Assembly (NCBI GenBank): GCA_977020255.1
Contig: CDROCS010000506.1
Location: 682,001 to 746,000 of the forward strand
DNA: 64,000 nt
DNA from: Obrimoposthia wandeli
Lineage: Eukaryota
Reading direction: 5' to 3'
Below the pieces are notes generated by a model. It ran no database searches. It had not been told where the DNA came from and saw only the letters and a program-made list of their open reading frames with translations. The translations under genes and the position numbers were made by a program. Shown here one piece after another: positions 10,039 to 19,242 of this stretch (positions are counted from its first letter, which is position 1; each line of letters begins with the position of its first letter).

Positions 10039-10138
10039 GGAGTATCGTTTATATATAGAAAATAGATTTAGCTGTTTTACATTCACTTAAAAGCCGAACT
10101 GTCTCTGACACTATACCGATTTAAAATAAGGATTTTTC

Positions 10139-11167
10139 ATGCCACAATCAAGCTCAGTCAATCGCCGTATCGCCCTAGCTTCTCGTCCTATTGGCGCGCC
10201 TACATCAGTAAACTTCAGCCTTGAAGAAGCAGTAATTCCTACACCTGCTGTTGGTGAGTTATTATTGCGAACAAACTATTTATCACTAGACCCTTACATG
10301 CGCGGCCGTATGAATGATGGCGCTTCTTACGCTGAACCCGTGGCGATTGATGGCACCATGGTTGGCGCAACAGTATGCCAAGTAGTAACGTCTTTACACC
10401 CTGATTATCAAGCAGGTGAATGGGTGCTGGCTTACACTGGTTGGCAAGATTATGGCATTTCAGACGGTGAAGGTTTGATCAAGCTAGGTACTGAACCGAC
10501 TAACCCTTCATATGCACTTGGTATTTTAGGCATGCCCGGTTTTACAGCATACATGGGGCTGCTCGATATTGGTCAACCTAAATCAGGCGATACGCTAGTG
10601 GTAGCAGCTGCAACAGGTCCTGTTGGCGCGACCGTAGGTCAGATTGGTAAGATAAAAGGTTGTTACGTCGTCGGTGTCGCTGGCGGTGCTGAAAAATGCC
10701 AATATGCAGTAGATGTATTAGGCTTTGATAAATGTATTGACCATAAAGCTGACGATTTTGATGCCCAGTTAAAAGCAGCCTGCCCTAACGGCATTGATGT
10801 TTATTTTGAAAACGTTGGCGGTAAAGTATTTAATAGCGTGCTTCCACAGCTAAATACCGGCGCGCGCGTGCCAGTTTGTGGTTTAGTATCACAATATAAC
10901 GCCACCGAATTACCATCAGGCCCAGACCGTTTATCACTGCTAATGGGTACGCTATTGGTTAAACGTATTAAGATGCAAGGTTTCATCATTTTTGATGATT
11001 ATGCACCGCGCTACAATGAATTTTTCGTTGATATGATGGACTGGCTACAAGCAGGTAAAATCAAGTATCGCGAACATATGATTGATGGTTTAGAAAATGC
11101 ACCTGCAGCATTCACCGGTATGTTACAAGGTGAAAACTTCGGCAAACTTGTCATTAAAGTTGCGTAA
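10139..11167 (+). CDS. curA: NADP-dependent alkenal/curcumin reductase (MDR, PTGR1/YncB family)
   Basis: 342 aa; LASRPIGAP, YLSLDPYMRGRM, LGMPGFTAYMGL, AAATGPVG, GIDVYFENVGG, GENFGKLVIKV. Confidence 0.9.
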   Translation: MPQSSSVNRRIALASRPIGAPTSVNFSLEEAVIPTPAVGELLLRTNYLSLDPYMRGRMNDGASYAEPVAIDGTMVGATVCQVVTSLHPDYQAGEWVLAYTGWQDYGISDGEGLIKLGTEPTNPSYALGILGMPGFTAYMGLLDIGQPKSGDTLVVAAATGPVGATVGQIGKIKGCYVVGVAGGAEKCQYAVDVLGFDKCIDHKADDFDAQLKAACPNGIDVYFENVGGKVFNSVLPQLNTGARVPVCGLVSQYNATELPSGPDRLSLLMGTLLVKRIKMQGFIIFDDYAPRYNEFFVDMMDWLQAGKIKYREHMIDGLENAPAAFTGMLQGENFGKLVIKVA

Positions 11168-11198
11168 TTCAGCAGTTATATAGGAAACGGAAGCGAAT

Positions 11199-11822
11199 AT
11201 GATCACATTACACCATTTAAATAAGTCTCGTTCTAAACGTATCATCTGGTTATTAGAAGAGCTAAACGTTGATTACAATGTTATTGCTTACCAACGCGAT
11301 AGCCAAACATTCTTAGCACCCGCTGAATTAAAAGCAATTCATCCCCTAGGGAAGTCGCCAGTCATTGAAGATGACGGTTTAGTGATTGCCGAATCAGGTG
11401 CAATTACAGAATATTTAATCAATAAATATGCCGCAGATACCCTTGCACCAAAACCTGGAACGCAAGAATACATCGCCTATTCACAGTGGCTACATTTCGC
11501 TGAAAGCTCTGCAATTTTACCGCTATTATTAAAAATGTTTGTCGACAAAGACGGTTGTAAAACCAACTTTATGGCTGGATATGCGGATGCCGAGATAGCG
11601 AAAGTCATCAGTTATTTTGATGCGTCACTCGCAGGCAAAACGTACCTGGTAGCAGAACAGCTAAGCGGTGCCGATATTATGATGTCATTTATTGTTGAGA
11701 TCTTAGCAAACAATAATGTACTCAATAATTTCCCTAACCTTGCTCGTTACAATGAACAACTGCATTCTCACCCGAGTTTATTAACTGCTGGTGACATTGA
11801 AGCAAAATACGACAATAGCTAA
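11199..11822 (+). CDS. Glutathione S-transferase family protein
   Basis: 207 aa; SRSKRIIWLLEEL, IHPLGKSPVI, ESGAITEYL, WLHFAESS, LSGADIMM. Confidence 0.92.
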   Translation: MITLHHLNKSRSKRIIWLLEELNVDYNVIAYQRDSQTFLAPAELKAIHPLGKSPVIEDDGLVIAESGAITEYLINKYAADTLAPKPGTQEYIAYSQWLHFAESSAILPLLLKMFVDKDGCKTNFMAGYADAEIAKVISYFDASLAGKTYLVAEQLSGADIMMSFIVEILANNNVLNNFPNLARYNEQLHSHPSLLTAGDIEAKYDNS

Positions 11823-11916
11823 TTTACTGTAATAGCTAAGCCTATCAATATCAAATGAATCCATTTTGGTATTCAACGTAAATTGATTCGTGATTTTATC
11901 GTTATCGTATTAAACC

Positions 11917-11956
11917 AAAGGCCTAGGTAGCTATTTGTATAGTTACCTAGGCCTTT
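11917..11956. terminator. Bidirectional terminator between GST and beta-helix gene
   Basis: aaaggcctaggtagctat / atagttacctaggccttt (18-bp stem with one wobble). Confidence 0.75.
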
Positions 11957-12002
11957 ACCATTAACGGTTTTAATTATTTATATATTCTAGTTATCTAGTT
12001 AT

Positions 12003-13616
12003 CTAGTTATCTATGTATTGACGAGAGAATACTCCAGTACAATCATCACCAATAAGATAGTTAGCCGATGATTTCAATACAACTTGATAATTACCATCTG
12101 ATAAATTGTCAGAACCAATATCAAACTGCCAACCATTGCCACCAAGTACTAATTTATTACCTAAGCTGTCCAGACTACCTGATGATAAATGACTGTGCGC
12201 TGCATCAGCATTGCTATCTAAATATTGATCATTATAAACGATCTCTACCACAGGCGCTTTCACATCTGTTCTTTCGACACCGAAAGCATCTACAAGAGTT
12301 ATATCTAAATTAAGTGCCATATCATTAGCTAATAAAGGTTTACCGATAAGTAGCGCTGGTTGACAGGATAAAATATCTAACACGCTTGCATCTACGCCCT
12401 GCGAACCCAAGGGTTTACCCAATGTATTTGCGGTTAATGCCCAGCTTGCTGGGTTAAACATATAAATACTACTTAATTGTGGGTCATCTTCATAAAGCTG
12501 TGTGAATGTTAAATTTTCATTCACGTGGGTTTTAAAGTTAAAAACCGAAATATGTGTTAATTGATTTTGTATATAAGACTGACTTTTTGCATCAATACCA
12601 ATTGAATGTTGCTTATTATTACCGTAAAACAATGAATTAATAAGGCTATTATTAGTGCTCGGGCCACCCATTTCAGAGAACCATACACCACGAGATGTGT
12701 TCACAGAAGTATGTTGAGAAATAACATTATTAGACGAACGATAGAATAAGATCGAAATACCATATCCCTCGAAACTTTCAGTGAAATAATCGAGATTATT
12801 GGTTAACGTATTATCGTTGGCATTACTGCTAAAATACACATTCTCATGCGTATTATCCCACAAAGTATTAAGCTCAATTAGGTTATTTTTACCTTGTGAT
12901 AAACTGATCCCCCAGGTGTTTTTGTAAGAGGTATTATGAGCAATATAGTTGTTGTTACCTTGAACATTGATACCGCCACGATTTCGCATCTGAGATTCAT
13001 TACCATTGCTATAAATAGTATTGTTTAGCACATGCATATCAGAGCTCCAATAACCAATGGTAATACCATTACCATTGTTAGAATTAGCAATATTATTACG
13101 TGCAACACCACCACTCACATTATGCAACCATAAATCGTTACCATTATTATTAAAGACGTTGTTCTCAATAATAAAGTCATCACGCTTTTCAGCTTTTGTG
13201 TGCAATACAAATAATCCATAATTAGCATTTTTAAACTCTGAATTACGAACAATAATTGATGTTCTTGCACCTGTTGCGACAAGCTTATTTGATACACCTT
13301 GACCATCAAACTTAATACCGTCAATGATGATACCATCTCGACCGATATGTAGAACTCCTTGAGAAGCCGAACCGGTACCAGTTAATACTGGTGATTGGCC
13401 TGGTTCAGCGCGAATGACTAGATTATCTTTATAAATATTGAGTCCTTCATCGTAAGTTCTGCTATCAGTAAACACAAGTTCATCACCAGGCTTTGCTGCT
13501 TGATAAGCACTAGATAAGCTATCAAACTCAGCATTTTCACCAATTTTTAATATTTCAGCTTGCACATTCCCAATTGAAAATATGCCTAAAATAAACATAT
13601 ATTTAAATAAAACCAT
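12003..13616 (-). CDS. Secreted right-handed parallel beta-helix protein (pectin-lyase/NosD-like fold) with C-terminal Ig-like domain
   Basis: Start moved to ATG 13616 (GGAG RBS; signal MVLFKYMFILGIFSIGNVQA); FDSLSSAYQAAKPGD start motif; many Asn-ladder repeats (IIENNVFNNN, VLNNTIYSN, IAHNTSYKN, IELNTLWDN); visibly AT-richer than neighbours. Confidence 0.75.
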   Translation of the reverse strand: MVLFKYMFILGIFSIGNVQAEILKIGENAEFDSLSSAYQAAKPGDELVFTDSRTYDEGLNIYKDNLVIRAEPGQSPVLTGTGSASQGVLHIGRDGIIIDGIKFDGQGVSNKLVATGARTSIIVRNSEFKNANYGLFVLHTKAEKRDDFIIENNVFNNNGNDLWLHNVSGGVARNNIANSNNGNGITIGYWSSDMHVLNNTIYSNGNESQMRNRGGINVQGNNNYIAHNTSYKNTWGISLSQGKNNLIELNTLWDNTHENVYFSSNANDNTLTNNLDYFTESFEGYGISILFYRSSNNVISQHTSVNTSRGVWFSEMGGPSTNNSLINSLFYGNNKQHSIGIDAKSQSYIQNQLTHISVFNFKTHVNENLTFTQLYEDDPQLSSIYMFNPASWALTANTLGKPLGSQGVDASVLDILSCQPALLIGKPLLANDMALNLDITLVDAFGVERTDVKAPVVEIVYNDQYLDSNADAAHSHLSSGSLDSLGNKLVLGGNGWQFDIGSDNLSDGNYQVVLKSSANYLIGDDCTGVFSRQYIDN

Positions 13617-13806
13617 AGTGTTCTCCCTATACACTTCCTAGCCACGCAATGAATAATTACAGGAAAGTGAAACATTTTATATCAAGTTATACCAAAGTTT
13701 AGTCCAAAATAAAAAACGTGCTTAACATCACGTTATTAATCTTTTTATTAATGTATTAAAACCATCAGCAAGATTTTATTACGGCTAAACCCAACTTTTT
13801 TATTTA

Positions 13807-13821
13807 TGTTATAATATAACA
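13807..13821. promoter_or_regulatory. Zur box
   Basis: TGTTATA-A-TATAACA, perfect match to the core of the gamma-proteobacterial Zur consensus GAAATGTTATA-N-TATAACATTTC. Confidence 0.8.
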
Positions 13822-13835
13822 ATTGCCCACGGCGG

Positions 13836-13855
13836 TGTTATGTTATAACATAACA
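13836..13855. promoter_or_regulatory. Second, doubled Zur-like box
   Basis: Perfect 20-bp palindrome TGTTATGTTATAACATAACA, equal to two overlapping 7-1-7 cores. Confidence 0.7.
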
Positions 13856-14020
13856 ACACCTAGCGTATTATAAAGATCTATAAATGTCAGTCCCTTCAAT
13901 TTTAACCCACAATCGTCAGTTCTCACTTTTATTAAGTAGCTTGTACTCACGGATTACCATCGCGGTAATTATTATCGCGCTATTATCGTCCGTTTCACTG
14001 TACCTTTTGGGACTAAAATA

Positions 14021-14776
14021 ATGATTAAAATTAATAATCTAAGTGTTAGTTACCAACATAATATTGCTCTGAGTAATATTTCAACAGTGATTAATCACGG
14101 TGATCTAAGCGCGATAGTCGGTCCAAACGGCGCAGGTAAATCAACCTTATTAAAAAGCATCATGCAACAGATAACGATCAAATCAGGCTCTATCGATCTG
14201 GGTGGCTTTAAGCTAAAAAATATTGCTTACCTACCGCAAAGCAGCCAAATAGATCACTCATTTCCAATAACAGTGACTGAATTTGTATCTGCAGGCTCTT
14301 GGCTGCGCACCAGTTTTTGGCGCGCCTTTAGTCAAAACGAACTGCAATCATTGCGACAAGCATTAGCAAAGGTAGATCTTGAAGATATGGCTGAACGCCA
14401 GATTAGCCAACTATCTGGCGGACAATTTCAGCGCATGCTGTTTGCACGCATGCTCTTACAAAACGCTGATATTCTGTTACTTGACGAACCCTTTGGTGGC
14501 ATTGATGCGCAGACGACAGAATTGTTAATGCGTGTGGTCCAAGAATGTCACCAACAAGGTAAGACAATTATAGCCGTGATCCATGATCTGGCCTTAGTAC
14601 AACGCTATTTTCCCACAACACTACTTGTTGCAACCAACTTGATTGCCGCCGGTAAAACCACTGAAGTATTAACTCAACCGTATTTACTGCAAGCAGGCTA
14701 TCAACATTTTGCGCACTGCGCGGTGCATAACAGCTTTAATAACCCGGCTCACAACATCGAGAACATCGCATCATGA
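14021..14776 (+). CDS. Zn/Mn ABC transporter ATP-binding subunit (ZnuC/AztA-like)
   Basis: Walker A GPNGAGKS, signature LSGGQFQR, Walker B LLLDEP, H-loop VIHD. Confidence 0.9.
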   Translation: MIKINNLSVSYQHNIALSNISTVINHGDLSAIVGPNGAGKSTLLKSIMQQITIKSGSIDLGGFKLKNIAYLPQSSQIDHSFPITVTEFVSAGSWLRTSFWRAFSQNELQSLRQALAKVDLEDMAERQISQLSGGQFQRMLFARMLLQNADILLLDEPFGGIDAQTTELLMRVVQECHQQGKTIIAVIHDLALVQRYFPTTLLVATNLIAAGKTTEVLTQPYLLQAGYQHFAHCAVHNSFNNPAHNIENIAS

Positions 14777-15633
14777 GTGCCCAATTATACGAATTATTTA
14801 TCGCCCCTTTTGCTGATTTTGTCTTTATGCAACGCGCCTTATGGGGAATTATTGTACTGAGTATTAGTGCCACGCCAGTCGGTGTATTTTTAACGCTGAG
14901 ACGAATGAGTTTAACGGGTGATGCTATGGCGCACGCTATCTTACCCGGCGCAGCGATTGGCTTTCTTATCTCAGGTTTATCAGTCACAGCGATGACTATT
15001 GGCGGCATAGTAGCAGGCTGTGTTGTCGCTGTATTAGCAGGTATCGTCGCAAGGCACTCAAAAGCAGAAGAAGATTCCAGCTTAGCGGCATTTTACTTAC
15101 TGTCTCTGGCCGTTGGTGTACTCATCATTTCCGCTAATGGCAGTAATGTCGATTTATTACATGTGCTATTTGGTTCGACGCTCGCACTGAATAACGATGC
15201 CCTAACACTCATAACCCTCATTGCGGCTATCTCCACGTTAGCGCTTGCCCTGCTCTATCGACCGTTAGTTTTAGAATGTGTTGATCCGCACTTCTTTAAA
15301 ACGGTCAGTAAACTCAGTTCGGTTGCCCACTATGGATTTTTACTGCTTGTGGTACTCAATCTGGTTGCTGGGTTTCAAGCGTTAGGCACCTTGATGGCCG
15401 TCGGTTTAATGATCTTACCCGCGGCAATAGCGCGATTTTGGTCAAACCATTTAGGCGGCATGCTGATTGTTGCCTTTATCAGCGCTGTATTAAGTGGCTA
15501 CTTCGGATTGTTCCTTTCTTATCATGCGAGCTTAGCCACAAGCCCCGCCATTGTGCTCGTACTTGGCCTGTTATATATCACGTCATTAATATTTGGCCGC
15601 CAAGGTGGATTACTGTTTAAAAAGAACAACTAG
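14773..15633 (+). CDS. Zn/Mn ABC transporter permease (ABC-3 family, ZnuB/AztB-like)
   Basis: RRMSLTGDAMAHAILPG, DLLHVLFGS; ATGA overlap with the ATPase. Confidence 0.9.
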   Translation: MSAQLYELFIAPFADFVFMQRALWGIIVLSISATPVGVFLTLRRMSLTGDAMAHAILPGAAIGFLISGLSVTAMTIGGIVAGCVVAVLAGIVARHSKAEEDSSLAAFYLLSLAVGVLIISANGSNVDLLHVLFGSTLALNNDALTLITLIAAISTLALALLYRPLVLECVDPHFFKTVSKLSSVAHYGFLLLVVLNLVAGFQALGTLMAVGLMILPAAIARFWSNHLGGMLIVAFISAVLSGYFGLFLSYHASLATSPAIVLVLGLLYITSLIFGRQGGLLFKKNN

Positions 15634-15744
15634 TTATTAACCATTAACGACTCAAACCTGTTTATTGCTCTTATTAAGTAAGTGCATGAACTTAATAAAT
15701 AATTGAATTTAAAATAAAATTAAAATTTATGAAAGGACAATACA

Positions 15745-16791
15745 ATGCTTAAAAAAAACCTGACGACATCAATAATACTACTTAGTTTAGGCGCTAGTTC
15801 TGCAGCGATAGCAGAAGAAAAAATAGCGGTTGTTAGTAGTTTTTCTATTCTTGGCGATCTTGTATCAGAAGTAGGTCAAGAGCATGTCACAGTGACCAAC
15901 TTAGTGGGCATTGACGGTGATGCACATGTATTTAGCCCCACGCCTCAAGATGCCAAAGCGATTGCCAAAGCACAATTAGTTGTAACCAATGGATTACAGT
16001 TTGAAGGTTGGATGCCGCGTTTAATTGAAGCCGCTAACTACCAAGGCGTACAAGTTGTCGCAGCAGATGGCATCGATGAACTAAGCAGCAAAGAAGGTAG
16101 CTGCGGACATGATCACGAACAACATAACGACGAGCATGAGCATCATGACCACGAGCATGAGCATCATGACCACGAACAACATAACGATGAACATGAACAT
16201 GAACATGAACATGAACATCATGATCACGAACAACATAACAACGAACATTCCCACCATGATCACGGCGACATAGATCCACATGCCTGGCACAGTATTAAAA
16301 ACGTAAAAGTCTACGTTCGTAATATCACTAAAGGATTAATTCAAGTTGACCCAAAAAACCGTCTTGATTATCAGCAAAATGCAGCTGAATATACTGAAGA
16401 ACTTGATCAGTTAGCCCTAAAATTATGTGCTCAGCTGGCAACAATACCGGAAGCCCAACGCAAAGTGATCACACCGCATGATGCGTTTGCTTACTTCGCT
16501 CGAGATTTCGATATCACCTTCTTATCGCCACAAGGAACAAGCACAGGCTCTGAAGCAAGTGCCGCTGATGTCGCTAAGTTAATTAAACAAATACGTCATG
16601 ATAATGTCAATGCAGTATTTATGGAAAACATCACTGACAATCGCCTAATAGAACAGATTAGTCGTGAAACTGACGCTAAGATAGGCGGTAAACTATACTC
16701 AGATGCGTTGTCTCCTGTCGGACAACCTGCAGCTACTTACCTAGAGATGATGCAATATAACGTAGATACTATCGTTAATGCCTTAAAATAA
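15745..16791 (+). CDS. Zn/Mn ABC substrate-binding protein (ZnuA/AztC-like) with very long His-rich loop
   Basis: Signal peptide; DAHVFSPTP, NGLQFEGW, DPHAWH, HDAFAYF, LYSDALS metal-ligand motifs. Confidence 0.92.
   Translation: MLKKNLTTSIILLSLGASSAAIAEEKIAVVSSFSILGDLVSEVGQEHVTVTNLVGIDGDAHVFSPTPQDAKAIAKAQLVVTNGLQFEGWMPRLIEAANYQGVQVVAADGIDELSSKEGSCGHDHEQHNDEHEHHDHEHEHHDHEQHNDEHEHEHEHEHHDHEQHNNEHSHHDHGDIDPHAWHSIKNVKVYVRNITKGLIQVDPKNRLDYQQNAAEYTEELDQLALKLCAQLATIPEAQRKVITPHDAFAYFARDFDITFLSPQGTSTGSEASAADVAKLIKQIRHDNVNAVFMENITDNRLIEQISRETDAKIGGKLYSDALSPVGQPAATYLEMMQYNVDTIVNALK
16108..16263 (+). repeat. Low-complexity His/Glu/Asp loop built from DNA-level duplications
   Basis: 52 codons, 24 His; unit catgatcacgaacaacataac (HDHEQHN) recurs three times with cat-gaa/gag microrepeats between. 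Confidence 0.9.
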
Positions 16792-16825
16792 TAGTTAACG
16801 CGTTAAAGTAATAACACCAAGACAC

Positions 16826-16895
16826 AAAAAAGCCCGGAAACCTATTTTGATACTGACAGTTAATACTGTTGTAGCTCAAGGTTTACGGGCTTTTT
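16826..16895. terminator. Bidirectional terminator between the two convergent metal-uptake operons
   Basis: aaaaaagcccg...cgggcttttt outer stem with inner aaacct/aggttt and acagt/actgt pairings. Confidence 0.65.
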
Positions 16896-16912
16896 AATGA
16901 TAACCGTTTAGG

Positions 16913-18001
16913 TTATAACATCGGCGACATGCCTACAGGTCGAGACTGAAGTAATAATACCCCAAGTAATATGAGTACTAAACCACCAACAATCGGAACA
17001 ATGAATTTGCTGATACTGACTTGATTACTCGGTGCGTTACGCTTCTTTCCTGCGGATAAATAACGTCTAACCACTTTTTTACCGGTAATAGTCATAATCG
17101 CAATAGTCGATGTGGTGAGTGCCGTACCTAATGCCATCACTATCGCACTCACAATCCCTAACCAATAAATATCTAACATATTGGCAAATAACAACACCAT
17201 GATAGCGCCAGTACAAGGACGAATACCAATACTCAAGATGATAGCCAAATACTCTTTCATTGATGACGCATCGTTAATTTGTGCTGATGACACAACATGT
17301 TGATGCCCACAACCACACTTATCATCATGTACATGATTAGCTAAAGGTGAAGCCGTAAATACTGCTTGTTGCGCATTTTTCTGTAAATCAGATAACGGTG
17401 TTAAACGTTTAATAACGTTATTATCACTGTTTAATGCCTTTTTATTGGCTTTAATGACCCGATACATCAACAGTAAATTACGCCAAATAATGACAACGCC
17501 TAATAAAATAGCGGTATAGAAACTGAGAGGAATAAGCAGTTCAGCTTTATGATTAATGTCTCGCATAGAGGCATCAAACAACATCAGTAATACCGACACC
17601 AGCCCCACAGCAACCAATGCCTGCATAAATGAAGATACCAGTGTGATAATCAAGCTTAACTTCACTTTAGCATCTTGCGTTGCAATATAAGTGGTGACGA
17701 TCAACTTGCCATGGCCAGGGCCGACAGAATGCAAAATACCATATAGAAAACTCATGACCATGAGCGACATACCTGCCATTAAGCCCTCATGTTTAGCTGC
17801 ATATAACAGCTCACTAAGCTCACTGTTTATCTGCTTTTGCCACTGCATGCCCGTCGCCATCAGCGTTGGCCAGATAGTCCAAATACCTAAGCCCAACATA
17901 GCAATACCGACGATAACCATGATGAAACTTAATTTAGTGACCAAATGCGATTTAATAACCTGTTCCTTAGTCGTACGACGATTAGAAAATAACGATGTCA
18001 T
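16913..18001 (-). CDS. NiCoT/RcnA-family metal transporter, ZevB-like
   Basis: 362 aa; YGILHSVGPGHGK, His/Cys cytoplasmic loop HVHDDKCGCGHQH, SIGIRPCTGA, MALGTALT. Confidence 0.85.
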   Translation of the reverse strand: MTSLFSNRRTTKEQVIKSHLVTKLSFIMVIVGIAMLGLGIWTIWPTLMATGMQWQKQINSELSELLYAAKHEGLMAGMSLMVMSFLYGILHSVGPGHGKLIVTTYIATQDAKVKLSLIITLVSSFMQALVAVGLVSVLLMLFDASMRDINHKAELLIPLSFYTAILLGVVIIWRNLLLMYRVIKANKKALNSDNNVIKRLTPLSDLQKNAQQAVFTASPLANHVHDDKCGCGHQHVVSSAQINDASSMKEYLAIILSIGIRPCTGAIMVLLFANMLDIYWLGIVSAIVMALGTALTTSTIAIMTITGKKVVRRYLSAGKKRNAPSNQVSISKFIVPIVGGLVLILLGVLLLQSRPVGMSPML

Positions 18002-18004
18002 TAT

Positions 18005-18697
18005 TTATTCCTGTATTGATATCCGTGAAGGCTGGCAATTAATTGTCGCCGTTTGAGTAAACAATTCCCCAAGCGCATCATCACGCGAAGAATCGACAGG
18101 TAAGGACATCACATATGCCAATTGTTCAGATGTAGGTTTAGCATCAATAACCGACAATTTACAGTATTGTGCCAACTTCGGCGATAACTGAATTGCATTT
18201 TTAGCTGGCCAACTCATATCCACATAATAGCTTGGATCATAAATGAGCAGTTTGAGCGTTTTATCAGATAATATTAAAGGCTTCTTCAGTGGCAGGTAAA
18301 ACTCTAACCTCGCTTTAAGCTTATCTTGCGCTAGCGTGCCATGTTCAGCTAACGCGTATTTAACAGGCTTACCCGCTTCGTAAAAATAAGTCAGATAATG
18401 ATTGGTTGTCATGTTCTGCATAATCGAGTCTGCAAGATCTTGTAATGTTTTTACTTTATTCTCCACAGATAAGTCTTCACCATCGAGCATATAGGCAGAA
18501 GTCATCGCATCAAATTCCCACGACATCTTAAAGCCAGTAATATGTTGTCCATCGCCCTGAATTTCAGTTTGCATGTCTACCCATGAATGGGGGTGCGCCA
18601 CACTAGCAAAGCTAGTAACAGCCAACAGCAGTAACACAACTTTCCTAAATAGATAAAAATAATTACCTGTAAGTCTTATATTAAAGTTCATTTTCAA
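18005..18697 (-). CDS. DUF1007-family periplasmic metal-binding protein, ZevA-like
   Basis: Signal peptide ending SVA-HPHSWVDM; WEFDAMTS; YDPSYYVDM; directly upstream of NiCoT gene. Confidence 0.82.
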   Translation of the reverse strand: MKMNFNIRLTGNYFYLFRKVVLLLLAVTSFASVAHPHSWVDMQTEIQGDGQHITGFKMSWEFDAMTSAYMLDGEDLSVENKVKTLQDLADSIMQNMTTNHYLTYFYEAGKPVKYALAEHGTLAQDKLKARLEFYLPLKKPLILSDKTLKLLIYDPSYYVDMSWPAKNAIQLSPKLAQYCKLSVIDAKPTSEQLAYVMSLPVDSSRDDALGELFTQTATINCQPSRISIQE

Positions 18698-18729
18698 CTC
18701 TCTAAACGGCTATAAATAGCAAATCCTAC

Positions 18730-18752
18730 GAAATGTTATAATATAACATTAC
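18730..18752. promoter_or_regulatory. Zur box upstream of the zevAB-like operon
   Basis: GAAATGTTATA-A-TATAACATTAC, one mismatch from full consensus, 33 bp upstream of ATG 18697. Confidence 0.9.
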
Positions 18753-18784
18753 ATTACGAATATACAGAGTTAATAAATAGACAT

Positions 18785-19141
18785 TTATATGCCATGTTCT
18801 TCTGACCAGTCCTTCAACCGATTCAAAATATCCAGCGCGGTACGGCCAAATTCAGTGATCTCATAGGTGACTGCAATTGGTCTATCACTGATCACTTCTC
18901 GTATAACTAGACCTTCGCTTTCCAACTCTTTCAGACGTTGATCAACCATTTTCTTACTTGCGCCGCCTAACATCCGCGATAAATCATTGAAACGTACCGG
19001 TCCGTCTTGTAGGTGCCAGAGTATCGATGCTTTCCATTTACCACCCAACATACGCATGCCTCGTTCAACAGAACACGGTTCAGCGCATGCGTTTATAACT
19101 TTTTTTTGGCCATTAGCCATTGTTTCTACTGTTGTTTTCAT
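18785..19141 (-). CDS. HxlR/DUF24-family winged-helix regulator
   Basis: 118 aa; CAEPCSVERGMRMLGGKWK, PVRFNDL, KMVDQRLKELESEGLVIR, VTYEITEFG. Confidence 0.9.
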   Translation of the reverse strand: MKTTVETMANGQKKVINACAEPCSVERGMRMLGGKWKASILWHLQDGPVRFNDLSRMLGGASKKMVDQRLKELESEGLVIREVISDRPIAVTYEITEFGRTALDILNRLKDWSEEHGI

Positions 19142-19165
19142 TATTTACCACTAGGTTACTAAAAG

Positions 19166-19194
19166 TATACTGGTTGCTTTTATATCCCAGTATA
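19166..19194. promoter_or_regulatory. Inverted repeat in the hxlR/aldH divergent promoter (candidate operator)
   Basis: TATACTGG-N13-CCAGTATA; a smaller TACT-aaa-AGTA overlaps on the left. Confidence 0.45.
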
Positions 19195-19242
19195 TCAAAA
19201 TAGCCTACATAAACACCCTATAAACTTATTGTCTATTCAGGA

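Noticed and set aside
16034-16290. Antisense ORFs over the His-rich loop (Met/Val-rich and His/Val-rich peptides)
   Set aside because: Expected shadows of a low-complexity CAT/GAA repeat.
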